DNA of 64,000 bases. Origin: Actinomycetes bacterium. Its GTDB lineage: Bacteria > Actinomycetota > Actinomycetes > Actinomycetales > Dermatophilaceae. A model generated the notes under the pieces. That model was not told the DNA's origin. It ran no database searches and worked only from the letters and a program-made list of their open reading frames with translations. A program made the position numbers and the translations under genes. Below are positions 44,901-54,225 of this stretch, piece after piece. The stretch is from contig JAKPEG010000068.1 of assembly GCA_029552065.1 (NCBI GenBank), forward strand, positions 3,033 to 67,032, read 5' to 3'. Each line of letters opens with the position of its first letter. The first letter of the stretch is position 1.

Positions 44901-45730
44901 CACGAACCCGGCTCGAACCGGTAGCTGCCGCTGGGGTCGGTGATCGCGACGAGGCGCACGATGCAGCCGTCGCCGCCGACCCAGCGCCAGGGGAACGCGG
45001 CGAAGGTCACCCGCTTGCCGGTGACCGCGTCCAGGTCGCCGCCGATGTTCTCGAAGCCGTAGATCCCGTGGGAGAGGATCGCGTTGTGGCAGGGCTCCCA
45101 CCACGGGAAGTCCTCCTTCACCGGGCGGCCGGTGAGTTGCTCGTATTCCCTGCAGGCCCAGGGCAAGAGGCCCCCGGTCTCCTCGGCCGGGCCGTGCGGG
45201 CCGATCGCCGTGCCGAGCGGGTGGTCGAGGGCCTGGGTGTCGGCGCCGACCGCCTTCACCTTCTTGGACACGAACCACTCGCCGGCCTCCTTGTAGTAGC
45301 CGGGGGAGTAGGCGTAGTACTCGGCGCTGTCGGCGTATCGGTGATGCCAGCCGGTGTTGACGATGACGATGTCGCCCTCGCGCACGGGGGTGACCTGGCT
45401 GGCCCGCTCGAGGTCTTCGGCGGTGATGACCTCCCACTTGCCCTTGGGGATGTCCAGCACGACGCCGGTGCCGAAGAAGTTGCGCAGCGGGATCTCGTGG
45501 AGCAGCGGCGTGCCCTCGACGACGTGGCCGGGAGCGTCGATGTGGGTGCCCGAGTGCATGACCGTGGTGATCTTCTGGGTGAGCACGCGGCTCTTGGCCA
45601 TCCCGTGCAGCCGCTCGATCTTCACGTCCTCGAAGTAGGGCCAGGCCGGCACCCCGTGTCCCCACGGGTGGGACAGGTCGTAGAACTGCAGGCCGGCCTC
45701 GTTGGGGCCCTCGGCCCAGGTGTAGGTCAT
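44900..45730 (-). CDS. cyclase family protein (kynurenine-formamidase-like metal hydrolase fold)
   Basis: 276 aa. MTYTWAEGPNEAGLQFYDLSHPWGHGVPAWP...HSGTHIDAPGH carries the HxGTHxDxPxH motif. ATGA overlap with the ABC ATPase stop. Confidence 0.84.
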   Translation of the reverse strand: MTYTWAEGPNEAGLQFYDLSHPWGHGVPAWPYFEDVKIERLHGMAKSRVLTQKITTVMHSGTHIDAPGHVVEGTPLLHEIPLRNFFGTGVVLDIPKGKWEVITAEDLERASQVTPVREGDIVIVNTGWHHRYADSAEYYAYSPGYYKEAGEWFVSKKVKAVGADTQALDHPLGTAIGPHGPAEETGGLLPWACREYEQLTGRPVKEDFPWWEPCHNAILSHGIYGFENIGGDLDAVTGKRVTFAAFPWRWVGGDGCIVRLVAITDPSGSYRFEPGS

Positions 45731-47451
45731 GGGAGTTCCTTTCGATGGGTGGGGTGAGCGGGTCGGTCGTGCGACGGAGAAGCAGCAGGTATGCCGCGTG
45801 GTCCCGTGGGTCCGCCCCTCCCGTCGGCCGACTCGCCGACGTAGAGAGCCGCGAGGGCCGGATCCTTGGCGACGTCGGCAGCATTGCCCTGCAATGCGAT
45901 TCGGCCTTGGGCCAGGACATAGGCGCGGTCGGCGAGGGACAGGCCGCGGGCGATGTTCTGCTCGACGAGGACCATCGCGACCCCGGAGGAGCGCAGGGTG
46001 TCGAGCGCCTCGTAGAGCCGGTCGACGGCGATCGGCGCCAGTCCCAGGGAGATCTCGTCGAAGACGACGAGGCGGGGCTCGGACATGAGCGCCCGCCCCA
46101 CCGCGAGCATCTGCTGCTGGCCTCCGCTCATCGCCGTGCCGCTCTGGTTGCGCCGGTCGGCGAGGATGGGGAAGACGTCGTAGACCTGCTCGAGCCGGCG
46201 GGACCGCTCGGCCGCGGACGCGTCGCCGGCGCCGAGCACGAGGTTCTCCTCGACGCTCAGCGTGCCGAAGATCCGTCGCCCTTCCAGACATTGAGCCAAG
46301 CCCGCTGCCGTGACCCGGTCGGCCCGCCAGCCGGTGACGTCGGTGCCAGCGAAGCGGACCGTGCCGCCGGAAAGAGGCAGAGCCCCGGCCACGGCCCGCG
46401 CGAAGGTCGTCTTGCCGGCACCGTTGGCACCGAGCAGGGCGACCGTCTCGCCGGGGTGGACGACGAGATCGACCTCGCGCAATGCCCGCAGCCCGCCGTA
46501 GTCGACGGTGAGTCCGCGCACGTCGAGGAGCGGCTCTGCGGAAGTGGCCGTAGCCGGGGCAGTCCGTGGGGCGAGCGGTGGCGCACCTTTGCCCGAGTCC
46601 GACCCGGGTATGCCCGCAGCCAGACCCGGGCCCGGGTCCGCGGCGGGTGCGTGCTCGCCGGCCGCCGTGCCCAGGTAGACCGCGGCGACGGTGGGGTCGG
46701 CGAGCACGGCCCGGGTCGGGCCGAGGGCGATGAGCTTGCCGAAGTCGAGCACGGCCGTGCGGTCGCAGCAGGCGGTGATGACGTCCATCACGTGCTCGAT
46801 GACGAGCATGCCGTCGACCTCGGTCCGCAGGTCGAGGATGAGGTCGATGAGCTCGGCCGTCTCCGACTCGACCAGACCCGCGCCGATCTCGTCGAGCATG
46901 AGCAGCCGGGGCGACAGGGCCATCGCCCGCGCGAGCTCCAACCGCTTGCGGCGCAAGAGGGTGAGTCCGCCGGCGAGGGTGTCCGCGTGGTCGGCCAGGC
47001 CGGTCCGGTCGAGGATGCGCAGACACTCGGTCCGCCGAAGCGAGGTGCCCGCGCGGTGTCCGGAGTTGCTCGCTGCGAGCAGGAGGTTGTCCAGGACCGT
47101 CATCCGGGCGAACGGCCGCGGGATCTGGTGAGTGCGGCCGATCCCCAGACGCGCACGCCGGGCGGCGCCCTCTGCGCTCACGTCCCGGCCACCGAGCGCG
47201 ACGGTGCCCGCGGTGGGAGCGAGGGCGCCGCAGACGAGCCCGACGAGGGTGCTCTTGCCCGCGCCGTTGGGCCCGATCACGCCGACGACTTCACCGCGCG
47301 TCACGTCGAGGTCGACGCCGTCGAGGGCCGTGACGCCGCCGAAGCGCTTGCCCAGGCCGCGCACGGAGAGCACGGCGTCGCCCGGGCTCGCCTGCCCGGT
47401 GGCGACGGGAGCCGCGGTGGCTGCGGGCGGCATACCGGCGGGGGTGCTCAT
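45727..47451 (-). CDS. fused LivG-LivF-type ABC ATP-binding protein (two ATPase domains in one polypeptide)
   Basis: 574 aa. Domain 1 has GPNGAGKST with a degenerate signature region (LAGGLTLLRRKRLELARA) and LLMLDE. A roughly 40-aa Pro/Gly/Ala linker follows. Domain 2 has GANGAGKTT, MSGGQQQML and VVFDE. It ends in a roughly 40-aa basic/Pro-rich tail. Confidence 0.9.
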   Translation of the reverse strand: MSTPAGMPPAATAAPVATGQASPGDAVLSVRGLGKRFGGVTALDGVDLDVTRGEVVGVIGPNGAGKSTLVGLVCGALAPTAGTVALGGRDVSAEGAARRARLGIGRTHQIPRPFARMTVLDNLLLAASNSGHRAGTSLRRTECLRILDRTGLADHADTLAGGLTLLRRKRLELARAMALSPRLLMLDEIGAGLVESETAELIDLILDLRTEVDGMLVIEHVMDVITACCDRTAVLDFGKLIALGPTRAVLADPTVAAVYLGTAAGEHAPAADPGPGLAAGIPGSDSGKGAPPLAPRTAPATATSAEPLLDVRGLTVDYGGLRALREVDLVVHPGETVALLGANGAGKTTFARAVAGALPLSGGTVRFAGTDVTGWRADRVTAAGLAQCLEGRRIFGTLSVEENLVLGAGDASAAERSRRLEQVYDVFPILADRRNQSGTAMSGGQQQMLAVGRALMSEPRLVVFDEISLGLAPIAVDRLYEALDTLRSSGVAMVLVEQNIARGLSLADRAYVLAQGRIALQGNAADVAKDPALAALYVGESADGRGGPTGPRGIPAASPSHDRPAHPTHRKELP

Positions 47452-48404
47452 GCCGCAGCCTCCTCGCGGCGACCCCGACCCCCGAGGCGGGCGCGAACGA
47501 GCCCCCAGATGCCCTCACGGGCGAACCGGATGACGAGCAGGAGGATCACCCCGGTGATCGCGAGGTGGATCTCGGCATAGCCGCGCAGCACCTGCTCGAG
47601 GGTGACCGCGAAGACCGCCCCGATCCACGGGCCGACCCGTGTCGCGAGTCCGCCGATGATCGCCACCATGACGATGTCGACGGTCCACACCATCCCGAAG
47701 GAGCCGTTGGGCTCGACGATGCCCGAGTCGAGGGCCTGGACCGCACCCACGACGCCCATGAGGAAGGCCGAGATGACGAAGGCCCAGAGCTTGGCCCGGA
47801 AGGTGAATACCCCCATCGTCCGTGCGACGTCTTCGTCGTCGCGAATCGCATTGAGCCGCAACGCGAGTGGCAGCCTCAGAACGACGAGGACGACGGCAGT
47901 CGCGAGGAGCGCGGCACCGAGGGCGAACCAATAGAGCAGGTATGCCGGTGGCGCGGAGCTTTGCAGGAAGATCCCGCTCGTGCCGCCGAAGACAGGCGAG
48001 TTGACCATCCAGATCCGCAGGGCCTCGGCGAGCGCGAGGGTGCCGATGGTGAAGTAGAGGCCGCGCAGCCGGAACATCGCGGGACTCACGACGAGCGCGA
48101 ACAGTGCCGCGAGCAGGCCCCCGGCGAGGAAGGCGAGTGGCAGTGGCAGGCTCTGCAGCTGGTCGAGTTCGGCCATCGTGTAGATGCCGATGCCGACGAA
48201 CGCGGCCGAGCCGAGGGAGACCATCCCGGTGTAGCCGGCGAGCAGGTTCCATGCCGTGCCGAGGGCCGCGAGCTGGAGGACGAGGTAGCCGACCTGGAGT
48301 GCGTAGGTGCCCACGACGTAGGGCAGGAGGAAGAGCACCAAGCCGGCGACGGCGAGCAGGCCGAGCTCGACGGCGAGCGGGGGGAGCCCACGGATCCGGC
48401 TCAT
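47448..48404 (-). CDS. branched-chain-amino-acid-type ABC permease (LivM-like)
   Basis: 318 aa from ATG 48404, polytopic. ATGA overlaps occur at both ends. Confidence 0.87.
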   Translation of the reverse strand: MSRIRGLPPLAVELGLLAVAGLVLFLLPYVVGTYALQVGYLVLQLAALGTAWNLLAGYTGMVSLGSAAFVGIGIYTMAELDQLQSLPLPLAFLAGGLLAALFALVVSPAMFRLRGLYFTIGTLALAEALRIWMVNSPVFGGTSGIFLQSSAPPAYLLYWFALGAALLATAVVLVVLRLPLALRLNAIRDDEDVARTMGVFTFRAKLWAFVISAFLMGVVGAVQALDSGIVEPNGSFGMVWTVDIVMVAIIGGLATRVGPWIGAVFAVTLEQVLRGYAEIHLAITGVILLLVIRFAREGIWGLVRARLGGRGRREEAAA

Positions 48405-49285
48405 GCGGTTGCTCCGCGTCGGAACAGGCCCTGGGGGCGCACGGCGAGGATCACGAGGAACAGGACAAGCCCGACGAAGGTGCGGTAGCCGTCGCCGAGG
48501 GTGACCGCCCCGACGGATTGGAGGACACCGAGGGTGAGGCCTCCGGCGAAGGTGCCGTAGACGCTGCCGAGGCCGCCGAGCACGACGATGGTGAAGGCCG
48601 TGAGCAGGTATTCGGTGCCCGAGGTGGGGGTGAACGAGAAGCACAGGGCGATAAGGATGCCGCCGACGGCCGCGAGTCCGGCGGCCAGGGCATAGGTGAG
48701 CCCGTGGACGCGGCCGACCGCGACGCCGACGATCGACGCGGCGAGCGGGTCCTCGGCGCTCGCCCGCAGCTGCCGGCCGAAGGACGTGCGGGTCATCACG
48801 AGATAGACGGCAGTCGTGACAAGCAGGGAGATGAGGAAGCCGACGAGGTAGATCGTGGGGATCGCATAGCCGGCCAGGGAGATCGCCGTGCGCGTGTAGG
48901 GCCGGTCCAGCGATCGTGTGTCGCCGGTGAAGACCCGGATGAAGAGGTTCTGCAGGATGATCGAGAGCGCGAAGGCGGTGAGCAGCGGCCCCTCCTCGCC
49001 GCCGCGGGCCAGGGGGGCCAGCAGCGTGCGATGGAGCGGATATCCCACGGCCGCCACGACGAGGAAGACGAGGGGGAGGGCGAGCAGGGGGTCGAGTCCC
49101 CACGCGCTGAGGGCGACAAAGCCGAGATAGGAGCCGAGGACCACGAGTTCGCCGTGGACGAGGTTGACCAGGCGCATCACCCCGAGCACGAGCGAGAGCC
49201 CCAGGGCGCCGCAGGCATAGAGCCCTCCGAGCAGGACGCCGGAGATGAGGGCTTGCAGCAGGGCGTGCGGGTCTGGCAGCGTCAT
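48401..49285 (-). CDS. branched-chain-amino-acid-type ABC permease (LivH-like)
   Basis: 294 aa, polytopic (LVNLVHGELVVLGSYLGF...). Confidence 0.87.
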   Translation of the reverse strand: MTLPDPHALLQALISGVLLGGLYACGALGLSLVLGVMRLVNLVHGELVVLGSYLGFVALSAWGLDPLLALPLVFLVVAAVGYPLHRTLLAPLARGGEEGPLLTAFALSIILQNLFIRVFTGDTRSLDRPYTRTAISLAGYAIPTIYLVGFLISLLVTTAVYLVMTRTSFGRQLRASAEDPLAASIVGVAVGRVHGLTYALAAGLAAVGGILIALCFSFTPTSGTEYLLTAFTIVVLGGLGSVYGTFAGGLTLGVLQSVGAVTLGDGYRTFVGLVLFLVILAVRPQGLFRRGATA

Positions 49286-49323
49286 GGCGGTCCTCGGCTC
49301 CTTCCCTCAATGCGCGTGTCTGG

Positions 49324-50568
49324 TCACTTGGCCGGCATGGGGAAGAGCACCGAACCGGTGGCGCGGTCCTTGGGGTAGACCATGACCGGCTTGCCGCCCT
49401 GCCACTGGGAGTTGACCACCGAGATCTTCGCCGTGTGGTCGGCGGCGAACTTCACCGGTCCGACGGGGTATTCCTTGTCGGTCTTGGCGATGGCCGCGTT
49501 GACCGCGGTCGCGTCCGTGGATCCGGCGGCCGCGATGGCGTCCATGAGGACCATGGCGGCCGTGTAGGAGTCGGCGATGTGCTGGCTCGAGGTCTTGCCG
49601 GGGTTGTCCTTCTCCCAGGCTGCCTGCAGCTCCTTGGCACCCTTGAAGGGGAAGCTGGGGTCCCAGTAGGCACCGACCATGACGCCGTCGGCGAGAGTGC
49701 CCAGCGCCTCGGCATACTGCACGGGCTCGGCGCCCTTCTCGTTGACCATGACCTTGGGCGTCCAGCCGACGGCGGCCATCTGCTTGCGCAGCGAGATCGC
49801 CTGCGGCGTCACGGAATCGACGAGCAGGATGTCGGCGCCCGAGTCTTTCGCCTTTTGCACTGCCGCCGAGAAGTCGGTGTTGTCGACCGGGAATTCGACG
49901 TTGACCACCACTTCGTAGCCCGACGCGGCGGCGATGGCCGGCCAGATCTCCCGGCCGACCGCCTGGCCGTCCGGCCCGTTGTCGTGCAGGATCGCGACCT
50001 TCTTGTTCGTCGCGAGCCCGAGGCCGCTCATCGTGTCGAAGGAGAGCTTGGACAGCTCCGGGACGGAGAAGAAGATGTCCCAGGCCCAGGTCCACTTCTT
50101 CACCGAGGTGAACACCTCGAGTGGGTTGCAGCCCGCGACGAACGGGATCTTCGACTGGTCGGCGACCAACGCACCGGGGTTGACCAGGTCGGGGGTGCAC
50201 GAGCCGAGCAGGGCGATCGCCTTGTCGCTCGAGATGAGCGTCTTGATGTTCGTCGTCACCTGGTTGGGGTCGGTCTTGTCGTCGACGATCCGAAGGTCGA
50301 CCTTGCGCTTGACCCCGCCGACGCTCAGGCCACCCGCCGCGTTCACCTCGGCTGCGGCGTGGGTGTAGCCCCACTTGAGGAAGCTGCCGAAGCCGGCCAG
50401 CGGTCCGCTGAGCGGGACGCTCGCGCCGATGACGATCGGCTCGCTCGCGGCGGCGCTGCCGCTGCCGGCACCGGTGCTCGAGCTCGGTGGGGCACAGGCC
50501 GAGAGGGCACCGAGGGCGAGGGCGCACGAGGCGACTGCGGCAACGGACACGTTCCTGGTGCGGGTCAT
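49324..50568 (-). CDS. Liv/amide-family ABC substrate-binding lipoprotein
   Basis: 414 aa from ATG 50568, with GGAGAAGG SD. The lipobox is LGALSAC. A type-I periplasmic binding fold is indicated (IVIGASVPLSGPLAGFG...). ATGA overlap with the dehydrogenase stop. Confidence 0.87.
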   Translation of the reverse strand: MTRTRNVSVAAVASCALALGALSACAPPSSSTGAGSGSAAASEPIVIGASVPLSGPLAGFGSFLKWGYTHAAAEVNAAGGLSVGGVKRKVDLRIVDDKTDPNQVTTNIKTLISSDKAIALLGSCTPDLVNPGALVADQSKIPFVAGCNPLEVFTSVKKWTWAWDIFFSVPELSKLSFDTMSGLGLATNKKVAILHDNGPDGQAVGREIWPAIAAASGYEVVVNVEFPVDNTDFSAAVQKAKDSGADILLVDSVTPQAISLRKQMAAVGWTPKVMVNEKGAEPVQYAEALGTLADGVMVGAYWDPSFPFKGAKELQAAWEKDNPGKTSSQHIADSYTAAMVLMDAIAAAGSTDATAVNAAIAKTDKEYPVGPVKFAADHTAKISVVNSQWQGGKPVMVYPKDRATGSVLFPMPAK

Positions 50569-51512
50569 GCCTTCTCCTTCGGGTCTGTTCCGGACTCCGC
50601 CGCGCCCCTGATGGCGCGGTCGGTGAGTTGCGAGCGGACGTGGGCGGCCAGCCGGGCGCCCGCCCTTTCCCGATCCCCCGGCTCCCAGGTGAGGAAGCCG
50701 GAGCCGGACTTGGCCCCGAGCCGACCGGCGGCGACGAGATCGCGCAACAGCGGCGAAGGCCCGGGACGGTGGTCGATGGCGGGCAGCACGGCCTCGTGGA
50801 TCGCGAGGGTGAGGTCGAGGCCGACGAAGTCGGCGTTCTCGAGCGGCCCCATCTCGGCCAGGCGCAGCCCGATCGTGTTGCGCACGACGAGGTCGACGGT
50901 CTCGGCGTCGGCGATGCCCTCGGCGACGATCGCGATGGCCTCGCGCCAGAGGGCGTGTTGCATCCGGTTGCCGACGAAGCCGGGAACGTCGCGTTCGACC
51001 CGGACCGCGAGTTTGCCCAGACTGCAGAGCAATTGGACCGTCGTATCCATGGTCGTGGTCGACGTGTGGTGGCCGCGGACGACCTCGACGACCGGGATGA
51101 GACCGGGCGGGTTCCACCAGTGGGTGCCGACGACCCGCTCGGGTCGGGCGACCTGGGCGGCGATCGCCGTGACCGGCAGCACCGAGGTGTTCGTGGCCAG
51201 GATCGTCTCGGAGTCGGCGGCGGCGAGCTCGTGGAAGACCGCCTGTTTGACGGACAGGTCCTCCCGGACCGCCTCGGTGACGAAGGCCGCGCCGGCGGCG
51301 ACCTCGGCGAGCGAGCCGACGGGGCGCACGTGCGGGGCATACTCGGCGAGGGAGGCGACCGCCTCGGCGAGGGTCGCCTCGGAGACGTCGAAGAGCCGCA
51401 CCGAATGTCCGCCGCCGGCAAAGACGGCGGCGAGGGCGCGACCCATGAGACCGGCGCCGACGACGCCGACGGTGAGCGCGCCGGGTGAGGCGCCGGCCGG
51501 GATGGTCAGCAC
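50565..51512 (-). CDS. 3-hydroxyacyl-CoA dehydrogenase family protein (carnitine-dehydrogenase-like)
   Basis: 315 aa from GTG 51512. The Rossmann motif is VGVVGAGLMGRALAAVFAGGGHSVRLFD, followed by NTS, HWWNPP and PGFVGNRMQ motifs. It overlaps the SDR stop. Confidence 0.84.
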   Translation of the reverse strand: MLTIPAGASPGALTVGVVGAGLMGRALAAVFAGGGHSVRLFDVSEATLAEAVASLAEYAPHVRPVGSLAEVAAGAAFVTEAVREDLSVKQAVFHELAAADSETILATNTSVLPVTAIAAQVARPERVVGTHWWNPPGLIPVVEVVRGHHTSTTTMDTTVQLLCSLGKLAVRVERDVPGFVGNRMQHALWREAIAIVAEGIADAETVDLVVRNTIGLRLAEMGPLENADFVGLDLTLAIHEAVLPAIDHRPGPSPLLRDLVAAGRLGAKSGSGFLTWEPGDRERAGARLAAHVRSQLTDRAIRGAAESGTDPKEKA

Positions 51513-52342
51513 GCGGTGTAGCCGCCGTCGAGATAGAGCACCTGGCCGGTCATGAACGACGAGGCGTCGGAGAGCAGGTAGACGAGCGTGCCGGCGAAGT
51601 CGTCGGGTTCGGCGAACCGGCCGAGCGGGATCCGCGCGAACATTGCCTGCCGGACGGCCGTGCCGCGCTCGTCGTCGGCGAACATCCAGGCGGTGAGGTC
51701 GGAGCGAAAAACGGTGGGCGCCAAGGCATTCACCCGGATGCCCGCCGAACCCCATTCGGCGGCAAGGGTCTTGGCGAGCAGGTCGACGGCGGCCTTCGAC
51801 GGGCAGTATGCCGTGTAGCCGGCCGGGTGCCCGAGGCGCCCTCGCGTCGAGGAGACGAGCACGAGGCTGCCGCCGGTGCCCTGGTCGAGCCAGGCGCGTC
51901 CGGCCGCCTGGGCAACGAGCCAGGAGCCGCGGACGTTGGCGTCCATCACCTGCTCGAAGGTGTCGACCGGCATGTCGACGATCGGGGCGGTCTTGTTGAT
52001 GCCGGCCGCGACGAGGACTCCCCAGAGGGGGCCGTCGGCGCAGGCCGCGGCGACCATTGCGCTCGCGTCTTCCGGGGTGTCCGGACGCCGGGGCACGGTG
52101 GTCACCCGGGTGAGCGGACGCAGCTCCTGCGCGAGCGCTTCGAGGGCGTCGGTGCTGCTGCCCGTGAGGGTGAGGACGGCGCCTTCCTCGGCGAGGGCAC
52201 GGGCGCCGGCGGCACCGAGCGCACCCGTGGCCCCGACGACGAGAACCGAGCGCCCGGAGACGTCGAATCGGTTGCGCCGCAAGCTGGTTGGGGTGGGCGA
52301 GGAGTTGGGCGAAATGTCCACGTTGGGCTCCTGATTCCGCAT
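51506..52342 (-). CDS. SDR family oxidoreductase
   Basis: 278 aa from ATG 52342 (an alternative at 52393 has poor GC3). It has VLVVGATGALG, NAAG-like AAGIN and catalytic YCPSK. It is the first gene of the operon. Confidence 0.84.
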   Translation of the reverse strand: MRNQEPNVDISPNSSPTPTSLRRNRFDVSGRSVLVVGATGALGAAGARALAEEGAVLTLTGSSTDALEALAQELRPLTRVTTVPRRPDTPEDASAMVAAACADGPLWGVLVAAGINKTAPIVDMPVDTFEQVMDANVRGSWLVAQAAGRAWLDQGTGGSLVLVSSTRGRLGHPAGYTAYCPSKAAVDLLAKTLAAEWGSAGIRVNALAPTVFRSDLTAWMFADDERGTAVRQAMFARIPLGRFAEPDDFAGTLVYLLSDASSFMTGQVLYLDGGYTAC

Positions 52343-52456
52343 GGCGGGAACATTGTCCCGCGATGCGGTTGAGAGTAGAGTGGTCGCCGTCACACGTCAA
52401 GAGCCATCGGAGGCGACGTGCAGGTCCGGTGGCCGGTCGAGCAGGAGGGTCGGGCC

Positions 52457-53281
52457 ATGCGGATCGTCGTCATCGGGGACACGGGAATGAGCGGATCGGC
52501 GATCGCGGCCGAGTTGATCCGCCGGGGCCACGAGGTCACCGGGCTGTCTTCCGGTCGCAGCGGTGCACCGGCCCCCGAAGGGGTCGAACACCGGGACGTC
52601 GACGTCTTCGACGATCGCGCACTGCGCTCGGCGATCGCGGGGCACGATGCCCTTGTCTCGGCCTACTCCGGGGGCCACGGGCTCGAGGTCGACGTCTACT
52701 ACCGACACGCTGAGGGGACGCGGCGGATGATCAAAGCGGTCCGCGAGGCGCAGGTGCCCTACTTCCTGTGCATCGGCGGCGCGGCGTCGCTGCTCACCAA
52801 ACCGGGCGTGCAGTTCCTCGAGGACGAGCGGTGGCCGCGGTGGTTCTACGGCACCCAGCCACCGCTGCACCAGCGGTGGCTCGGCGACCTCATCCCGGCC
52901 CAGATCTTCCACGACTCGGCCGATCGCAAGGAGGCCGGCGTCGTGCCGCGCGGCGGGTCCGACCCGATCCTGGAGGAGCAGGTGAAGGACTGGGTGCACG
53001 TGCCCCTGCTCGAAGGCTGCCGTGTGGCGCTGGACCTGTTCGAGGGTCGCACGGACTTCCGCTGGTCGTTCCTGTCCCCGCCGTGGATGTTCCGCCCCGG
53101 ACCTGGCACCGGCTCCTACGAGCTGGGTGTCGACTACATGATCTTCGACGAGGGCATCCCCGCGGGGATCGACCTGCCCGACCTCGTGCTCGCGGTATGC
53201 GACGAAACCGAGAACCAGGTGCTCGTGCACAAGCACTGGACCTGCGCGGGTCGGCAGGCGAAGTACGCCGAGGATCTCTGA
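52457..53281 (+). CDS. NAD(P)H-binding (NmrA/atypical SDR-like) protein
   Basis: 274 aa from ATG 52457, with AGGAGG upstream. It starts MRIVVIGDTGMSGSAIAAELIRRGHEV. It is divergent from the SDR operon. Confidence 0.8.
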   Translation: MRIVVIGDTGMSGSAIAAELIRRGHEVTGLSSGRSGAPAPEGVEHRDVDVFDDRALRSAIAGHDALVSAYSGGHGLEVDVYYRHAEGTRRMIKAVREAQVPYFLCIGGAASLLTKPGVQFLEDERWPRWFYGTQPPLHQRWLGDLIPAQIFHDSADRKEAGVVPRGGSDPILEEQVKDWVHVPLLEGCRVALDLFEGRTDFRWSFLSPPWMFRPGPGTGSYELGVDYMIFDEGIPAGIDLPDLVLAVCDETENQVLVHKHWTCAGRQAKYAEDL

Positions 53282-53388
53282 GTCGATCCGGGCCGAGGTG
53301 CGCGGCCGTGGCGGGGAGCACCGCCTCGGTGCGCTATTCGCGGCGCGGTAGCGGGCGGCATACCGGATGGGCGACGTAGGCTCGACCC

Positions 53389-54144
53389 ATGGGTGTGCCC
53401 ACGCCTGCCGACCTCGCTGCCGCCTGGCTGCGGCCGCTCATCTTCCAGAGCCGCGGCACGCGGCTGCCGGCGTCGGAGACCGACGTCGAGCTTGTCGTGT
53501 CGGGGGTGACGCTGCGCGGCTGGGTGACCAACCCCGAGGCGGATCGGGCGCTGGTCTACTTCGGCGGCAACGCCGAGCAGGTGGGGCTCTACCGGGAGAT
53601 CTTCGCCTCGCAATTCCCGCGGCATGCAACCTATTTGCTCGCCTATCGGGGCTATGGCGCCAGCGACGGGCAGCCGTCCGAGAAGGCGCTCGTCGCCGAC
53701 GGGCTCGACATCGTCGACGAGGCAGCGCGGCAGCACCCGGGTGCGCCGGTCGCGGTCGTGGGCCGCAGTCTCGGCAGCGGGGTGGCCGCGCAGGTCGCCG
53801 CTCGCCGCCCGGCCCTGGGGCGGCTCGTGCTCGTCACGCCGTTCGACTCCCTCGCCGCGGTGATCCGCGACGGGATGAACGGTATGCCGATCGGTGGCCT
53901 CGTCGCGGACCGGTTCGACTCCGCCTCGGTCGCCTCCCGGATCGAGATGCCGACCCTCGTCCTGCGCGCCGGGCGCGACGACGTCATCCCGGCGGCCCGC
54001 ACGGCCGCACTCGTCGACGCCCTCCCGCCGCGTCTGGTCACGGTGCGGGATTTCCCCGACGCCGACCACAACTCGTTGTCGGCCGACGCGGCCTATTGGG
54101 CGGCCATCCGGCACTTCCTCGACGAGCCCGGCGAGGGTGGCTGA
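53389..54144 (+). CDS. alpha/beta hydrolase
   Basis: 251 aa. The nucleophile elbow is GRSLGSG, with a later Asp and DADHNS (His) completing the triad. Confidence 0.85.
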   Translation: MGVPTPADLAAAWLRPLIFQSRGTRLPASETDVELVVSGVTLRGWVTNPEADRALVYFGGNAEQVGLYREIFASQFPRHATYLLAYRGYGASDGQPSEKALVADGLDIVDEAARQHPGAPVAVVGRSLGSGVAAQVAARRPALGRLVLVTPFDSLAAVIRDGMNGMPIGGLVADRFDSASVASRIEMPTLVLRAGRDDVIPAARTAALVDALPPRLVTVRDFPDADHNSLSADAAYWAAIRHFLDEPGEGG

Positions 54145-54225
54145 CCAGCTCCCTGCGTCACCGTCGCCGGTCGTGGCGGCGAGCCCGGCCGGCGCGAGGT
54201 CCGACCTGCGCCGAGGGGTCGGGGG

